Below, piece after piece: positions 29,237 to 38,302 of a stretch of DNA of 64,000 nt. The first letter of the stretch is position 1. The number at the start of each line of letters is the position of its first letter. Both the position numbers and the translations under genes were made by a program. Source of the stretch: an uncultured Candidatus Saccharibacteria bacterium. Lineage in GTDB: Bacteria; Patescibacteriota; Saccharimonadia; CAZHVB01. A model generated the notes under the pieces. That model did no database searches and had not been told where the DNA came from. It saw nothing but the letters and a program-made list of their open reading frames with translations. The stretch spans positions 169,733-233,732 of the forward strand of contig CAZRIY010000001.1 of the NCBI GenBank assembly GCA_964600295.1, in the 5' to 3' direction.

Positions 29237-31252
29237 TCAAAATAGCTTATAAATAAAAATATCCCTAGTGGGGTAATTTATTGTCTTGAGAAGCTGGGCG
29301 CAATTATCCTGGCCCTGAGTTCTAGCAACAGTTATTAAAAACCGAACATTATGATTTTTTAGAAAGTCGCTACACGGCTCTGTATTTACCTGGATATAGT
29401 CCTTATCTATTAATTTCAAGCTCGTAGGGGCTATAACGGCGGGGTTGCGATCAATCGTAAATATAATATGAGCATAGCGATTATATATGTTTTCATTTGA
29501 GTCCAAGCTTTTCCAGAGATCTAGCTGCGGATAGATATAAACTCCTGAGAGAGAAGGAGCGCCATTCGCAAGAGCCATATTCTCCAACAACAGGTCATCA
29601 CTAGCAATCCACCGGCCAGGATTGCTGAGAGATAACGCTCGAATCTCCCTCGAGAGAGATGAATCAGTAACTACCTCGAGCCCCCGATATAAAGGGTTAA
29701 CCCTACCGCTTGATAGTATTGAAAAAAGTAAGAATACAGCCATCGCCAAGGTAAATCTGCGGTTCAGAAGTAAATAAATAACTACAGGCACGGGAATAGA
29801 TAGGGCCAAAAACGTCGGCAGGCCAATAAAACCAGGAGATCTATTCATGGTAACAAGTCCTATGTATACCAGGAACGCGAAAACTACCAATGCATATACA
29901 GCGGTGATTTTGTGAAATTGCCGCGGAAGTTTATTTAACTTTAATAAATTACGAATAACTAGAACGGTGTGGATTATTCCCAGCAAGCCAACACCAATAA
30001 TAAGCCGACCGGGAGGTACTTTACCCATTAGGAATAAATTGAATAGCCAGTTTAGCCAGGGAGTGCACATCATTACTACTAACAGCAAGAAAGAACTAGT
30101 GGTAACTAAGAGTAACCAATCAATTTGTTTCCGTTTTCTGTAACCATTTATTAGTAGAAACATGGCAGGAAGAATAAAAAACGGAGTAAGTAATATAAAG
30201 TTCGATGATTCACTTTGATTTATAGGCTTAAAGGTGCCTTCACTAGGGAGATGGTACTGCGCAGCCCTTGGGTGTCGCTGAAATTGAACTGATAGATGGC
30301 TGGAAAATAAATGAGGCACATCAAACCCGCCACTCTCTGTATTACGAGTTCCAGGATATGCAGTGTTTTGAAGGGCATGGACAGCATCGAGTCGGGTCCA
30401 CAAGAAGCTAGCTGTGATTACTCCGGCGGTAACTACTGCCGTGGTAATAATCCCTAGATTTTGCCAAATTTGTTTTGTTGGCATATTTTTAATCTTTTTT
30501 ATAAAATATCCAAGGCCAAAAACCGCCATTGCCAGCGCACATGGAATCTGGAATGGCGGGTAAAGTATAAGAGCAAAACAGCTAACCACATAGGCTAGGA
30601 GAAAACCCCAAAACCACTTCCATCGAGTTCTCTTTTCTTCCAACAATTTTATTAAAATTGCCCCGGCAAAAAAACTATAATAAATTGAACCTACGGTTCC
30701 GTACACATACCACCACTGAATAAATGGGCTGAAGAAGAAAGCAACTGATAACAAAGCTGCCAACAGTTTTTTTGCCGGCAACAAAGCCAGCGTGAAAAGG
30801 TAGCAGCTAGTAATCAGCAAAAATCCCATCACCCACCATCTAAAGGCGAAAGCATTGTCAAGCGGCATTGCAAAAAAGGCCAGGTTGTGTGGTTTAAAAA
30901 TAATTGACCAATCTTTATAAGGTACATCTAGCAACAACGACACGTCTTGTCCGGCGCCAATATTCTGATTTATACGCTCGAAGTTACTATTTTTCTGGGC
31001 AATTGTCATTTGGGAGTTAACTTGCCACTCATCCGATCGAATCAACCGTGGCTCGCCCAGTAGCAGGTTCGGATCTTTTGCGGACTCCCCGTAAAAGTAG
31101 CTGTTATATGCACCAATCGAACTGCCGTGGATCTGAAACATTGTGAACAAGATTACTGGTATTGCCATAATCGCAGGAAACAGCCAAATACTATTCAGAA
31201 AACGGTTCATGATATTGGCGCCTTGAAGTTTTTGCTGAGAGAAAAGTGTCAT
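29237..31252 (-). CDS. Polytopic membrane protein, GT-C-like glycosyltransferase
   Basis: More than 10 TM segments, RxIRSDEW motif in first loop, glycan-locus context. Confidence 0.55.
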   Translation of the reverse strand: MTLFSQQKLQGANIMNRFLNSIWLFPAIMAIPVILFTMFQIHGSSIGAYNSYFYGESAKDPNLLLGEPRLIRSDEWQVNSQMTIAQKNSNFERINQNIGAGQDVSLLLDVPYKDWSIIFKPHNLAFFAMPLDNAFAFRWWVMGFLLITSCYLFTLALLPAKKLLAALLSVAFFFSPFIQWWYVYGTVGSIYYSFFAGAILIKLLEEKRTRWKWFWGFLLAYVVSCFALILYPPFQIPCALAMAVFGLGYFIKKIKNMPTKQIWQNLGIITTAVVTAGVITASFLWTRLDAVHALQNTAYPGTRNTESGGFDVPHLFSSHLSVQFQRHPRAAQYHLPSEGTFKPINQSESSNFILLTPFFILPAMFLLINGYRKRKQIDWLLLVTTSSFLLLVVMMCTPWLNWLFNLFLMGKVPPGRLIIGVGLLGIIHTVLVIRNLLKLNKLPRQFHKITAVYALVVFAFLVYIGLVTMNRSPGFIGLPTFLALSIPVPVVIYLLLNRRFTLAMAVFLLFSILSSGRVNPLYRGLEVVTDSSLSREIRALSLSNPGRWIASDDLLLENMALANGAPSLSGVYIYPQLDLWKSLDSNENIYNRYAHIIFTIDRNPAVIAPTSLKLIDKDYIQVNTEPCSDFLKNHNVRFLITVARTQGQDNCAQLLKTINYPTRDIFIYKLF

Positions 31253-31312
31253 TTAACAGATCTTAACATTAACCTATATAACAGGGTTCAGGAAAGCGTT
31301 AAAGAGGCAGAG

Positions 31313-31669
31313 CTATTTATTTAGATTAAGGAAAATCAACCCAATTAGGATTAAAGCTATTCCTACAACCTTAGTAAACGTAAAAACTTCGTTCAGGATG
31401 TAGAAAGATGCCAAAAAAACTAAAATATATACAAAAGCTGCCAATAGCGGGATGATATAACCAAGCTCATATTTGGAAATTAAATAAACGTATAATGCAA
31501 AGCTTAACCCATATAAGATTATGCCAACCACTGAGTACGGTGTTAAATTAAACTGAAGTTTGCTACCCCCCAAATATTTGAGCGGTGGGCCGGCCTTTGT
31601 TCCATACTTCAAGGCCACTAACGCTGCGGAAGTGGTTAGAATATACAAAGTAATAATAAGCTTTGACAT
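31313..31669 (-). CDS. SMR/EamA-like small membrane protein (ArnE/F-like flippase candidate)
   Basis: Four TM, C-terminal LNEVFTFTKVVGIALILIG. Confidence 0.65.
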   Translation of the reverse strand: MSKLIITLYILTTSAALVALKYGTKAGPPLKYLGGSKLQFNLTPYSVVGIILYGLSFALYVYLISKYELGYIIPLLAAFVYILVFLASFYILNEVFTFTKVVGIALILIGLIFLNLNK

Positions 31670-31690
31670 CTTATGTATTGTATATCCAAC

Positions 31691-32920
31691 TTAGCTGAAA
31701 ATAAAACTATAGAGCTTATTTAGGATAAGGTTTCTTTCAAAATGTTTGAAGTGATAGGCTCTGCCTCGAGCGCCCATCTTTCGCCTCTCTATGCGCGACA
31801 ATTCGTAAACTTTCCTAATATTAGCAGCTAGGGTTTGGACATCTTCGGTCGGACCGGCAAATCCGCACTGGATAGTCTTATTCACGAGATCCCGTGCTTC
31901 GCCATCTATAGCCAGAACCATTGGTTTTCCAGCTGCAAAATATGACGTTACCTTTGACGGTATTGTGGCTTCCAGCAGTTCACTTTTTACCAAACAGCCG
32001 ATTAATAGATCTGCTACCCCCATGTACTTAGGCATATCCGTAATCGGTTTTTGGCCCTCGAAATAGAAGCTATCGATAAGGCCGGCCTGTTTTACCTCTT
32101 CTTCTAGCCATTTACGCGACATACCATCACCAACAATTATCCAATTGATGTTATTGATCCCAGTTGAATGTAGCCGCTTGGCCGCATCAATAATTGTATT
32201 GAATGACTGAGCTGGGCTGATGTTTCCAGTGAAGACAATGTTAAAACCTGGTTTGAACTTGGCCACTAGTTTCTCATCATGTATGTCCTTTTCATAGATT
32301 TTTTCGGGGGCCTGAGGTAAGACGATAATTTTGTCGCTGGGTTTCTTGGTAATACCCTGCAATTTTATTTTCATTTGTCCGGATAATGTTACTAGCTTAT
32401 CGGTGTTCCGATAATGCCAGTGAGACACTACGGCGGCTATTTTTCTTAACGCTTTATTTTTTACTTTAATTACCGAATATAGATTTTCAGGCCAAAGATC
32501 AAGTACATACATGGTGGTTTCAATTTTCTTAATTTTTCCAACAAGTATGCCGGCAATAGCCATCATCACTGGAGAAAGTTGATAGATAAAAATCTCATCG
32601 TATCTTTTTGTTAACAATCTTGGCACATGGAATAAGCTTGCAAGAGGGAAGGAGATATAATTCAAAAAAATTCGGATGTTTGAGTTATTACCTCGCGGGA
32701 ACTCGAAGACCCGGCGGATGTTTATGCCATTGTACCTTTGCTTTCGGTTGCGGAAATATCCATATCCATGGAAGATTCTACCCGTAGGATAGTTGGGAAT
32801 TCCGCATAAAACATCGATCGCGACATTTCGTTCAACTAAATAATCACAAATATCGTTTATTCGAAATGACTCCGGCCAGAAGTGCTGCCCGATTATTAGA
32901 ATTTTCTTTTTTGGTTGCAT
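31691..32920 (-). CDS. Glycosyltransferase family 4, WbuB-like (putative L-FucNAc transferase)
   Basis: QHFWPE..PNYPTG..DLWPE..TIPSK; adjacent to FucNAc genes. Confidence 0.85.
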   Translation of the reverse strand: MQPKKKILIIGQHFWPESFRINDICDYLVERNVAIDVLCGIPNYPTGRIFHGYGYFRNRKQRYNGINIRRVFEFPRGNNSNIRIFLNYISFPLASLFHVPRLLTKRYDEIFIYQLSPVMMAIAGILVGKIKKIETTMYVLDLWPENLYSVIKVKNKALRKIAAVVSHWHYRNTDKLVTLSGQMKIKLQGITKKPSDKIIVLPQAPEKIYEKDIHDEKLVAKFKPGFNIVFTGNISPAQSFNTIIDAAKRLHSTGINNINWIIVGDGMSRKWLEEEVKQAGLIDSFYFEGQKPITDMPKYMGVADLLIGCLVKSELLEATIPSKVTSYFAAGKPMVLAIDGEARDLVNKTIQCGFAGPTEDVQTLAANIRKVYELSRIERRKMGARGRAYHFKHFERNLILNKLYSFIFS

Positions 32921-32946
32921 TTTTATAGACTGTCTTTTACAAAGTA

Positions 32947-33837
32947 CTACTTTAGGCTATATGGCCTATTTGCTAGTAGAAAATTATTATTATCTCGATT
33001 CAACAGCGTCTCTACGCCCGAAATTCTCGAAATCAACTTCTTCCGCTCATCAATAGAGTAACAGTATTTGAAAATGTTGAGCATTTCGCGCGCTACATAT
33101 TCAGGGCTTTTGCCAGCACGTCTAATGTAGTCAGCGGAAAATTCAGTCAACAGCATAATATCTGTATTGCTAAAAGTTCTTTTTGCGCCATCAAGCGCGT
33201 GTCCCTCGTAACCCTCGATATCCATTTTAACGAAGCCCACTTTTAACCTATGGGTAGATACAAAGCTGTCTACTGTATCGACTTTCACAGAAATTGAATT
33301 CGATGGACGCGCACCAATGTAGTGGGTAGCGAGATCATCTTTAACAAGAGATATTTCTACCTCTCCCTGTTTGTCGCCAATAGCGCAGTTTACAATATGT
33401 ACATTGGACGTGTTATTAAGTTCTAAATTGTGTTTTAACAGTCTCAAGTTTTCAGGTACTGGTTCAAATGCATATACGGCACCCGTGTCACCAATTTTCT
33501 CGCTGGCGATAATGGAATATATCCCAATGTTTGCTCCAATATCCAGTACTGTCATACCGGGCTGGAGTATTTTCTCGTATAGTTCAAGCTCAAACTCCTC
33601 AAAGTATTGGTTAATAAGTGCAGGCACTATTGAGATATCTTTTGTACGCACGAGTAACTTTTTCCCCCTGAACAATATTTCTTGCTCACCCTCAACTCTT
33701 CCTAGGTAGAAAATCTTTCTGTAAATCCAAGTCGTTATGGGTAAACGGTAAACCCAAGTATTGAGGAAATACTTCCTCGATATCTTAATAACATACATCG
33801 ATACGAGTTCAATGAAATTCGATTTCTTAATCTTCAT
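32947..33837 (-). CDS. FkbM family methyltransferase
   Basis: VLDIGANIG, AFEP, KMDIEGYE. Confidence 0.9.
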   Translation of the reverse strand: MKIKKSNFIELVSMYVIKISRKYFLNTWVYRLPITTWIYRKIFYLGRVEGEQEILFRGKKLLVRTKDISIVPALINQYFEEFELELYEKILQPGMTVLDIGANIGIYSIIASEKIGDTGAVYAFEPVPENLRLLKHNLELNNTSNVHIVNCAIGDKQGEVEISLVKDDLATHYIGARPSNSISVKVDTVDSFVSTHRLKVGFVKMDIEGYEGHALDGAKRTFSNTDIMLLTEFSADYIRRAGKSPEYVAREMLNIFKYCYSIDERKKLISRISGVETLLNRDNNNFLLANRPYSLK

Positions 33838-33848
33838 CCTCCCAATGT

Positions 33849-34973
33849 TTATTTATCCCAGACGACTTTGTTAACAATTTTAGTGTAGCTTTGGATTATC
33901 TTTATAACCTTAGTAGATACGTTTGTATCACGATAGTTGGGGGGGAGATTGAACGTTTCTTGGTTCTGTCTTAGATCTCGAGATAACTCAATAGCTTGTT
34001 CTATGTCGATTTCTTCGATGCCGCCCAAGATGATCGACCCCGCGTCAAGGGTTTCCGGCCTTTCGGTTGAGGTCCTGATCAAAATCCCATCAAAACCCAG
34101 AATAACGCTCTCCTCGGATAATGTCCCGCTGTCAGATAAAACACAGAGGGCGTTAAGTTGGAGGTGGTTATAATCAAAGAACCCAAATGGCTTTAGAATC
34201 TGGACCAGTTTATGCAATTTAAATCCACTTTTTTTGATCCTGTCGAGACTGCGAGGATGGGCGGAATAAATTATGGGCAATTGATGTCTTTCGGCGATAT
34301 CATTTATGGCGCTCATCAAGGAATTAAAATTAGTCTCGTCATCAATATTCTCTTCCCTATGGGCAGAAACAAGAATGTACTTATCTTTTTTTAGCTTCAA
34401 CTTCTCTAGAATATTGCTTTCCTTAATTTTTTCTATATGGGCATGTAGAACTTCGGGTAGCGGAGAACCCGTGACAAATATATGTTCTTTTCGTAACCCC
34501 TCCGCAAGCAAATATCTGCGCGAATGTTCAGTGTAGGGAAGATTAATATCAGAGATGTGATCAACGATCTTTCTATTTATTTCCTCGGGGACGTTTTGGT
34601 CGAAACAGCGATTCCCGGCTTCCATATGAAAAATTGGAATCTTCAAACGTTTAGCCGGTATCGCCGATAACGCACTGTTTGTGTCGCCCAGTATCAAGAG
34701 AGCATCTGGCTTTTCGCGAAGCAACACTTTATAGCTGCCGGCAATAATGTTGCCTATAGTCTCTCCGAGGTTCTTGCCTACGCTTTTTAGATAGTGATCA
34801 GGTTCTCTCAGTTTGAGGTCTTCAAAGAAAACCTGGTTTAAGGTATAGTCCCAGTTTTGCCCAGTATGTACCAAAATATGGTCAAAGTACTGATCGCACC
34901 GCTTAATAGTTTCTGACAGCCTGATGATTTCGGGCCTGGTACCAACTATGGTCATTAACTTCAGCTTCTTCAC
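33849..34973 (-). CDS. wbjD: UDP-sugar 2-epimerase (WbjD/FnlC/CapG)
   Basis: GTRPEIIRL, HTGQ, GDTNS, HMEAGNRCFD, SDSGT, ERPE. Confidence 0.9.
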   Translation of the reverse strand: MKKLKLMTIVGTRPEIIRLSETIKRCDQYFDHILVHTGQNWDYTLNQVFFEDLKLREPDHYLKSVGKNLGETIGNIIAGSYKVLLREKPDALLILGDTNSALSAIPAKRLKIPIFHMEAGNRCFDQNVPEEINRKIVDHISDINLPYTEHSRRYLLAEGLRKEHIFVTGSPLPEVLHAHIEKIKESNILEKLKLKKDKYILVSAHREENIDDETNFNSLMSAINDIAERHQLPIIYSAHPRSLDRIKKSGFKLHKLVQILKPFGFFDYNHLQLNALCVLSDSGTLSEESVILGFDGILIRTSTERPETLDAGSIILGGIEEIDIEQAIELSRDLRQNQETFNLPPNYRDTNVSTKVIKIIQSYTKIVNKVVWDK

Positions 34974-36086
34974 TTAAACCTCTAAAGAATATGTGTCAGG
35001 GCTGGCAGGGTTAAATACTTCATCAGCCCAGAATAATGTTATTAGTTCACTTTTTCCGGTATTAGTAATTGAGTGAGTATAGCCAGGAGGGATATCAATT
35101 ACCTTAAGCTTCTCACCGCCCACCCTATAGGTAACAGTTTTTGGTGAGCTTATACGCCTAAGTTTAATTAGGGCCTTCCCCTCGACTACCAAGAATTTTT
35201 CGACCTTGGTATGATGCCAATGATTACCCCTGGTTACGCCGGGATTCGTTCTGGATACGAAAATCTGGCCGAATTGTTTTGATTTAATAAACTCAGCCAA
35301 CCATCCCCGGTTGTCTTTTTTCATTTCCAAATTATGGTCCAATTTCTTCTCGGGCAAATACGAGGCGTAGGTGGCGTATAATGCTCGATCAAAATAGCTT
35401 TCAAAATTTGGTATCAAAAGGGTTTGGCGGCTTCTTTGAAAAGAATAAATTTTATCGGTAAGCTCCCGAAGTGTGATAGGGAAGTCTCGCGGGATCTGAT
35501 AAAAACCTTGTTTCAAGGTTTGTTTTTCACCGCGCATGGACTTGATAAATTCACCTACGACATCATCTATGTAAACAAGCTGCAGTTCCGAATCAGGGTC
35601 GTTAATCTTTATATCCAGGTTATTGGCAATGTTGTAACAAAAAGTTGCTACAACCGAATTGTAGTTGGGTTTGCACCACTTACCGAAGACATTAGGTAGT
35701 CTATAAATGTAAGCGCTTGTCTTGGCCGATCCCGCCCAACTGTGTACAGCATCCTCTGCTGCCTTTTTACTTTTCCCGTATGAATTATCAAGCTCTGCCT
35801 GGGTTGATGAGGCTAGCAGGACAGGTGTTTTAAGACCTTCCTCTCTCATTATGTCTAAGAGCGTTTGGGTTAACTCAAAGTTACCTTTCTCAAATTCGGA
35901 CTCATTTTTTGGCCGGTTGACTCCAGCTAAGTGGAAAATAAAATCTGCTTTATTTATGAACTTCTTTAAGTCTGTAACTGAATGGTTTCTATCAAAACGA
36001 AGGGTTTCAATATCTTCATATTTTTCTAAGGTTGCACGCAGATTCTTACCAATAAAACCTGACGAACCGGTTACTAATACCTTTAT
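34974..36086 (-). CDS. wbjC: UDP-2-acetamido-2,6-dideoxy-hexulose reductase (WbjC/FnlB/CapF), 370 aa from an ATA start
   Basis: Frame stays open upstream of the track ORF: IKVLVTGSSGFIGKNL..FHLAGVNRP; C-terminal cupin GNHWHHTKVEKF. Confidence 0.88.
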   Translation of the reverse strand: MKVLVTGSSGFIGKNLRATLEKYEDIETLRFDRNHSVTDLKKFINKADFIFHLAGVNRPKNESEFEKGNFELTQTLLDIMREEGLKTPVLLASSTQAELDNSYGKSKKAAEDAVHSWAGSAKTSAYIYRLPNVFGKWCKPNYNSVVATFCYNIANNLDIKINDPDSELQLVYIDDVVGEFIKSMRGEKQTLKQGFYQIPRDFPITLRELTDKIYSFQRSRQTLLIPNFESYFDRALYATYASYLPEKKLDHNLEMKKDNRGWLAEFIKSKQFGQIFVSRTNPGVTRGNHWHHTKVEKFLVVEGKALIKLRRISSPKTVTYRVGGEKLKVIDIPPGYTHSITNTGKSELITLFWADEVFNPASPDTYSLEV

Positions 36087-37111
36087 ATCAGTTCTCCCTC
36101 TATACCCTTAAGCTCGTCTCGGATGTAGTCAGTTGTGAGTAGCTTATTCATAACTTCATCTACATTGAGTCTTGTGGTGTTGTCAGATGTATATTCAGTT
36201 GCTTCCTCTACTATATGGCTACCCTTAATGAAGAATTGAGCATAGTTTAGATCCCTGGTGTCTGCCGGAACCCGGAAATAGCCTTTGAGGTTCTTGCTGT
36301 TGCCCCGCTCCTCTTTAGTAAGTAGAGTTTCATGCAGCTTCTCACCATGCCGGGTACCGATAATTTTTATATCAGTCTTAGACTTGAACAGCTTTTTAAT
36401 AGCCCGGGCCAGGTCTCCAATCGTACTGGCTGGAGACTTTTGGACGAATAAATCGCCCTGCTTGGCATTGCTAAAGGCAAACAGAACCAAATCAACAGAA
36501 TCATCTAGGTTCATCAAAAACCTAGTCATATCTGCATCGGTGATGGTAATGGGCCCTCCGGTTTTCACTTGCTCCACAAATAATGGGATAACCGAGCCAC
36601 GAGAAGCCATAACATTGCCGTAGCGAGTCACACAGATGATAGTCTTGGTAGGATCAACATTTCGTGATTTTGCCTCGGCCACTCGCTCCATCATGGCTTT
36701 TGATATGCCCATGGCGTTAATGGGATAGGCGGCCTTATCAGTAGAGAGACAAATAACTTTCTTTACGTTTTCCTTAATGGCGGCTTCAAGAACATTGTCT
36801 GTCCCGATGATGTTGGTGCGGACCGCCTCCATAGGGAAGAATTCACACGAAGGAACTTGCTTTAGAGCGGCGGCGTGAAAGACATAGTCAACTCCAGCCA
36901 TGGCTTCTCTCACGCCCTCAAAATTTCGCACATCTCCAAGATAGAACTTTACCTTGTCACTCTTTAAGCTTTTTCGCATGTCGTCTTGTTTTTTTTCGTC
37001 TCGCGAGAAAATGCGGATCTCCTTGACGTCAGTATTCAAAAAACGTTTTAGAACCGCGTTTCCGAATGATCCTGTGCCGCCTGTGATCATCAGGGTCTTA
37101 CTCTTAAACAT
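36083..37111 (-). CDS. wbjB: UDP-GlcNAc 4,6-dehydratase (WbjB/FnlA/CapE)
   Basis: ITGGTGSFG, SRDEKKQ, HAAALKQVPSCEF, STDKAAYPINAMG. Confidence 0.92.
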   Translation of the reverse strand: MFKSKTLMITGGTGSFGNAVLKRFLNTDVKEIRIFSRDEKKQDDMRKSLKSDKVKFYLGDVRNFEGVREAMAGVDYVFHAAALKQVPSCEFFPMEAVRTNIIGTDNVLEAAIKENVKKVICLSTDKAAYPINAMGISKAMMERVAEAKSRNVDPTKTIICVTRYGNVMASRGSVIPLFVEQVKTGGPITITDADMTRFLMNLDDSVDLVLFAFSNAKQGDLFVQKSPASTIGDLARAIKKLFKSKTDIKIIGTRHGEKLHETLLTKEERGNSKNLKGYFRVPADTRDLNYAQFFIKGSHIVEEATEYTSDNTTRLNVDEVMNKLLTTDYIRDELKGIEGELI

Positions 37112-37172
37112 GAAACTCTTTCCACTTATTATTCAAAGTGAATATTAACAGATTTGTCCTATTATATCTTAA

Positions 37173-37541
37173 TCATTTTTTAGACTCTTCTTTGGACAAC
37201 CGAATCGATAGTTCTTGATGGAGATCTTGAACCCGTCGTTCGAGGGCATCGTTTCTAACATATGCTTCATGGGCAATAAAAAACGTGAAAGTGATTCCAG
37301 TAATCTGGATGACGTCAAACAGACTTAGCGGTTCGGTTTGAGTCAACTGGTGGGAAAACAAAAAAGCGTAGATAGGTTCCGCAAAGACAATGCCTCCCAA
37401 TATGCTTGACCAAAATATAATCCTGAAGATAAATCTACGTCGGCTAGTTTGACCAAGCTTGTAAGCGGTAATTGCGCTGACAATGCCAGCTGCGATCAAT
37501 GGAGTGTTAAGGATTATTAATATTAGATATCTACTCACCAA
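37173..37541 (-). CDS. DUF2304-like small membrane protein
   Basis: Three TM plus C-terminal LHQELSI coiled coil; coupled to the upstream GT2. Confidence 0.6.
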   Translation of the reverse strand: MVSRYLILIILNTPLIAAGIVSAITAYKLGQTSRRRFIFRIIFWSSILGGIVFAEPIYAFLFSHQLTQTEPLSLFDVIQITGITFTFFIAHEAYVRNDALERRVQDLHQELSIRLSKEESKK

Positions 37542-38229
37542 AAATCTCCATCACCCGCCTCTTAAACAGAGATTTTATTATATTGAATGCGTTCCAGTTA
37601 TTTTGTCCCTTCGACTTTGAATAGTCAGTATAGATAGCCTTAATTGGGTATTCTTTAACGCTCAAGCGCAGTTGCTTGGCTCGCCACAGCATTTCAGAAC
37701 CAAAATCGAACCCGCTAGCTTTCCATCTGAGTTGCTCCAGGGCCTTTTGGGAAAAAATCCTTAAGCCTGTTTGAGAATCAGTAACCCTAATACCGAACAA
37801 AAGGCCGGTAATCAAGCTCAAGCTCTTATTGCCAAATACCTTCGCTCTTGACATGCCACGTTTATCAATCAGTCTGCTGCCGATCAGGAGATCGCCATCC
37901 CCACTATTAATTAATTTTATGCCCTTAATAACATCATTCGCGTCATGTTGACCGTCGGCATCAAGTGTGGCTGCCAGGTCAAAGTTATTTCGCTGGGCAT
38001 AGTTTAGACCAGTAGCCGTGGCGCTACCGGTGCCGGTATTTAAGATGTGACGGATGACATAAGCCCCAGCTTGTCTAGCCACTTGGGCGGTAGTGTCATT
38101 TGAGCCGTCATCGACAACGATTATTTGATATTTGTGGGTTGTCTCAGAAAAGGCTGACTTAAGGCCAGCGATTACAGTTTTGATGACTGTCGCTTCATTA
38201 TAAGCCGGCATAACCACAGCGACTCTCAA
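37531..38229 (-). CDS. Polyprenol-phosphate glycosyltransferase (DPM1-like GT2)
   Basis: MPAYNE, VDDGSND, DADGQH, DSQTGLR. Confidence 0.88.
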   Translation of the reverse strand: MRVAVVMPAYNEATVIKTVIAGLKSAFSETTHKYQIIVVDDGSNDTTAQVARQAGAYVIRHILNTGTGSATATGLNYAQRNNFDLAATLDADGQHDANDVIKGIKLINSGDGDLLIGSRLIDKRGMSRAKVFGNKSLSLITGLLFGIRVTDSQTGLRIFSQKALEQLRWKASGFDFGSEMLWRAKQLRLSVKEYPIKAIYTDYSKSKGQNNWNAFNIIKSLFKRRVMEIFGE

Positions 38230-38302
38230 TATGGACTCCTAAATCTCCCAAGAATGAATTATTCAAACTATATTACATTAGAGAAAAGATGCCTACATGT
38301 CT

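Noticed and set aside
34974-36086. wbjC as a truncated pseudogene
   Set aside because: The reading frame is intact through the full N-terminal Rossmann motif; only the start codon is atypical.
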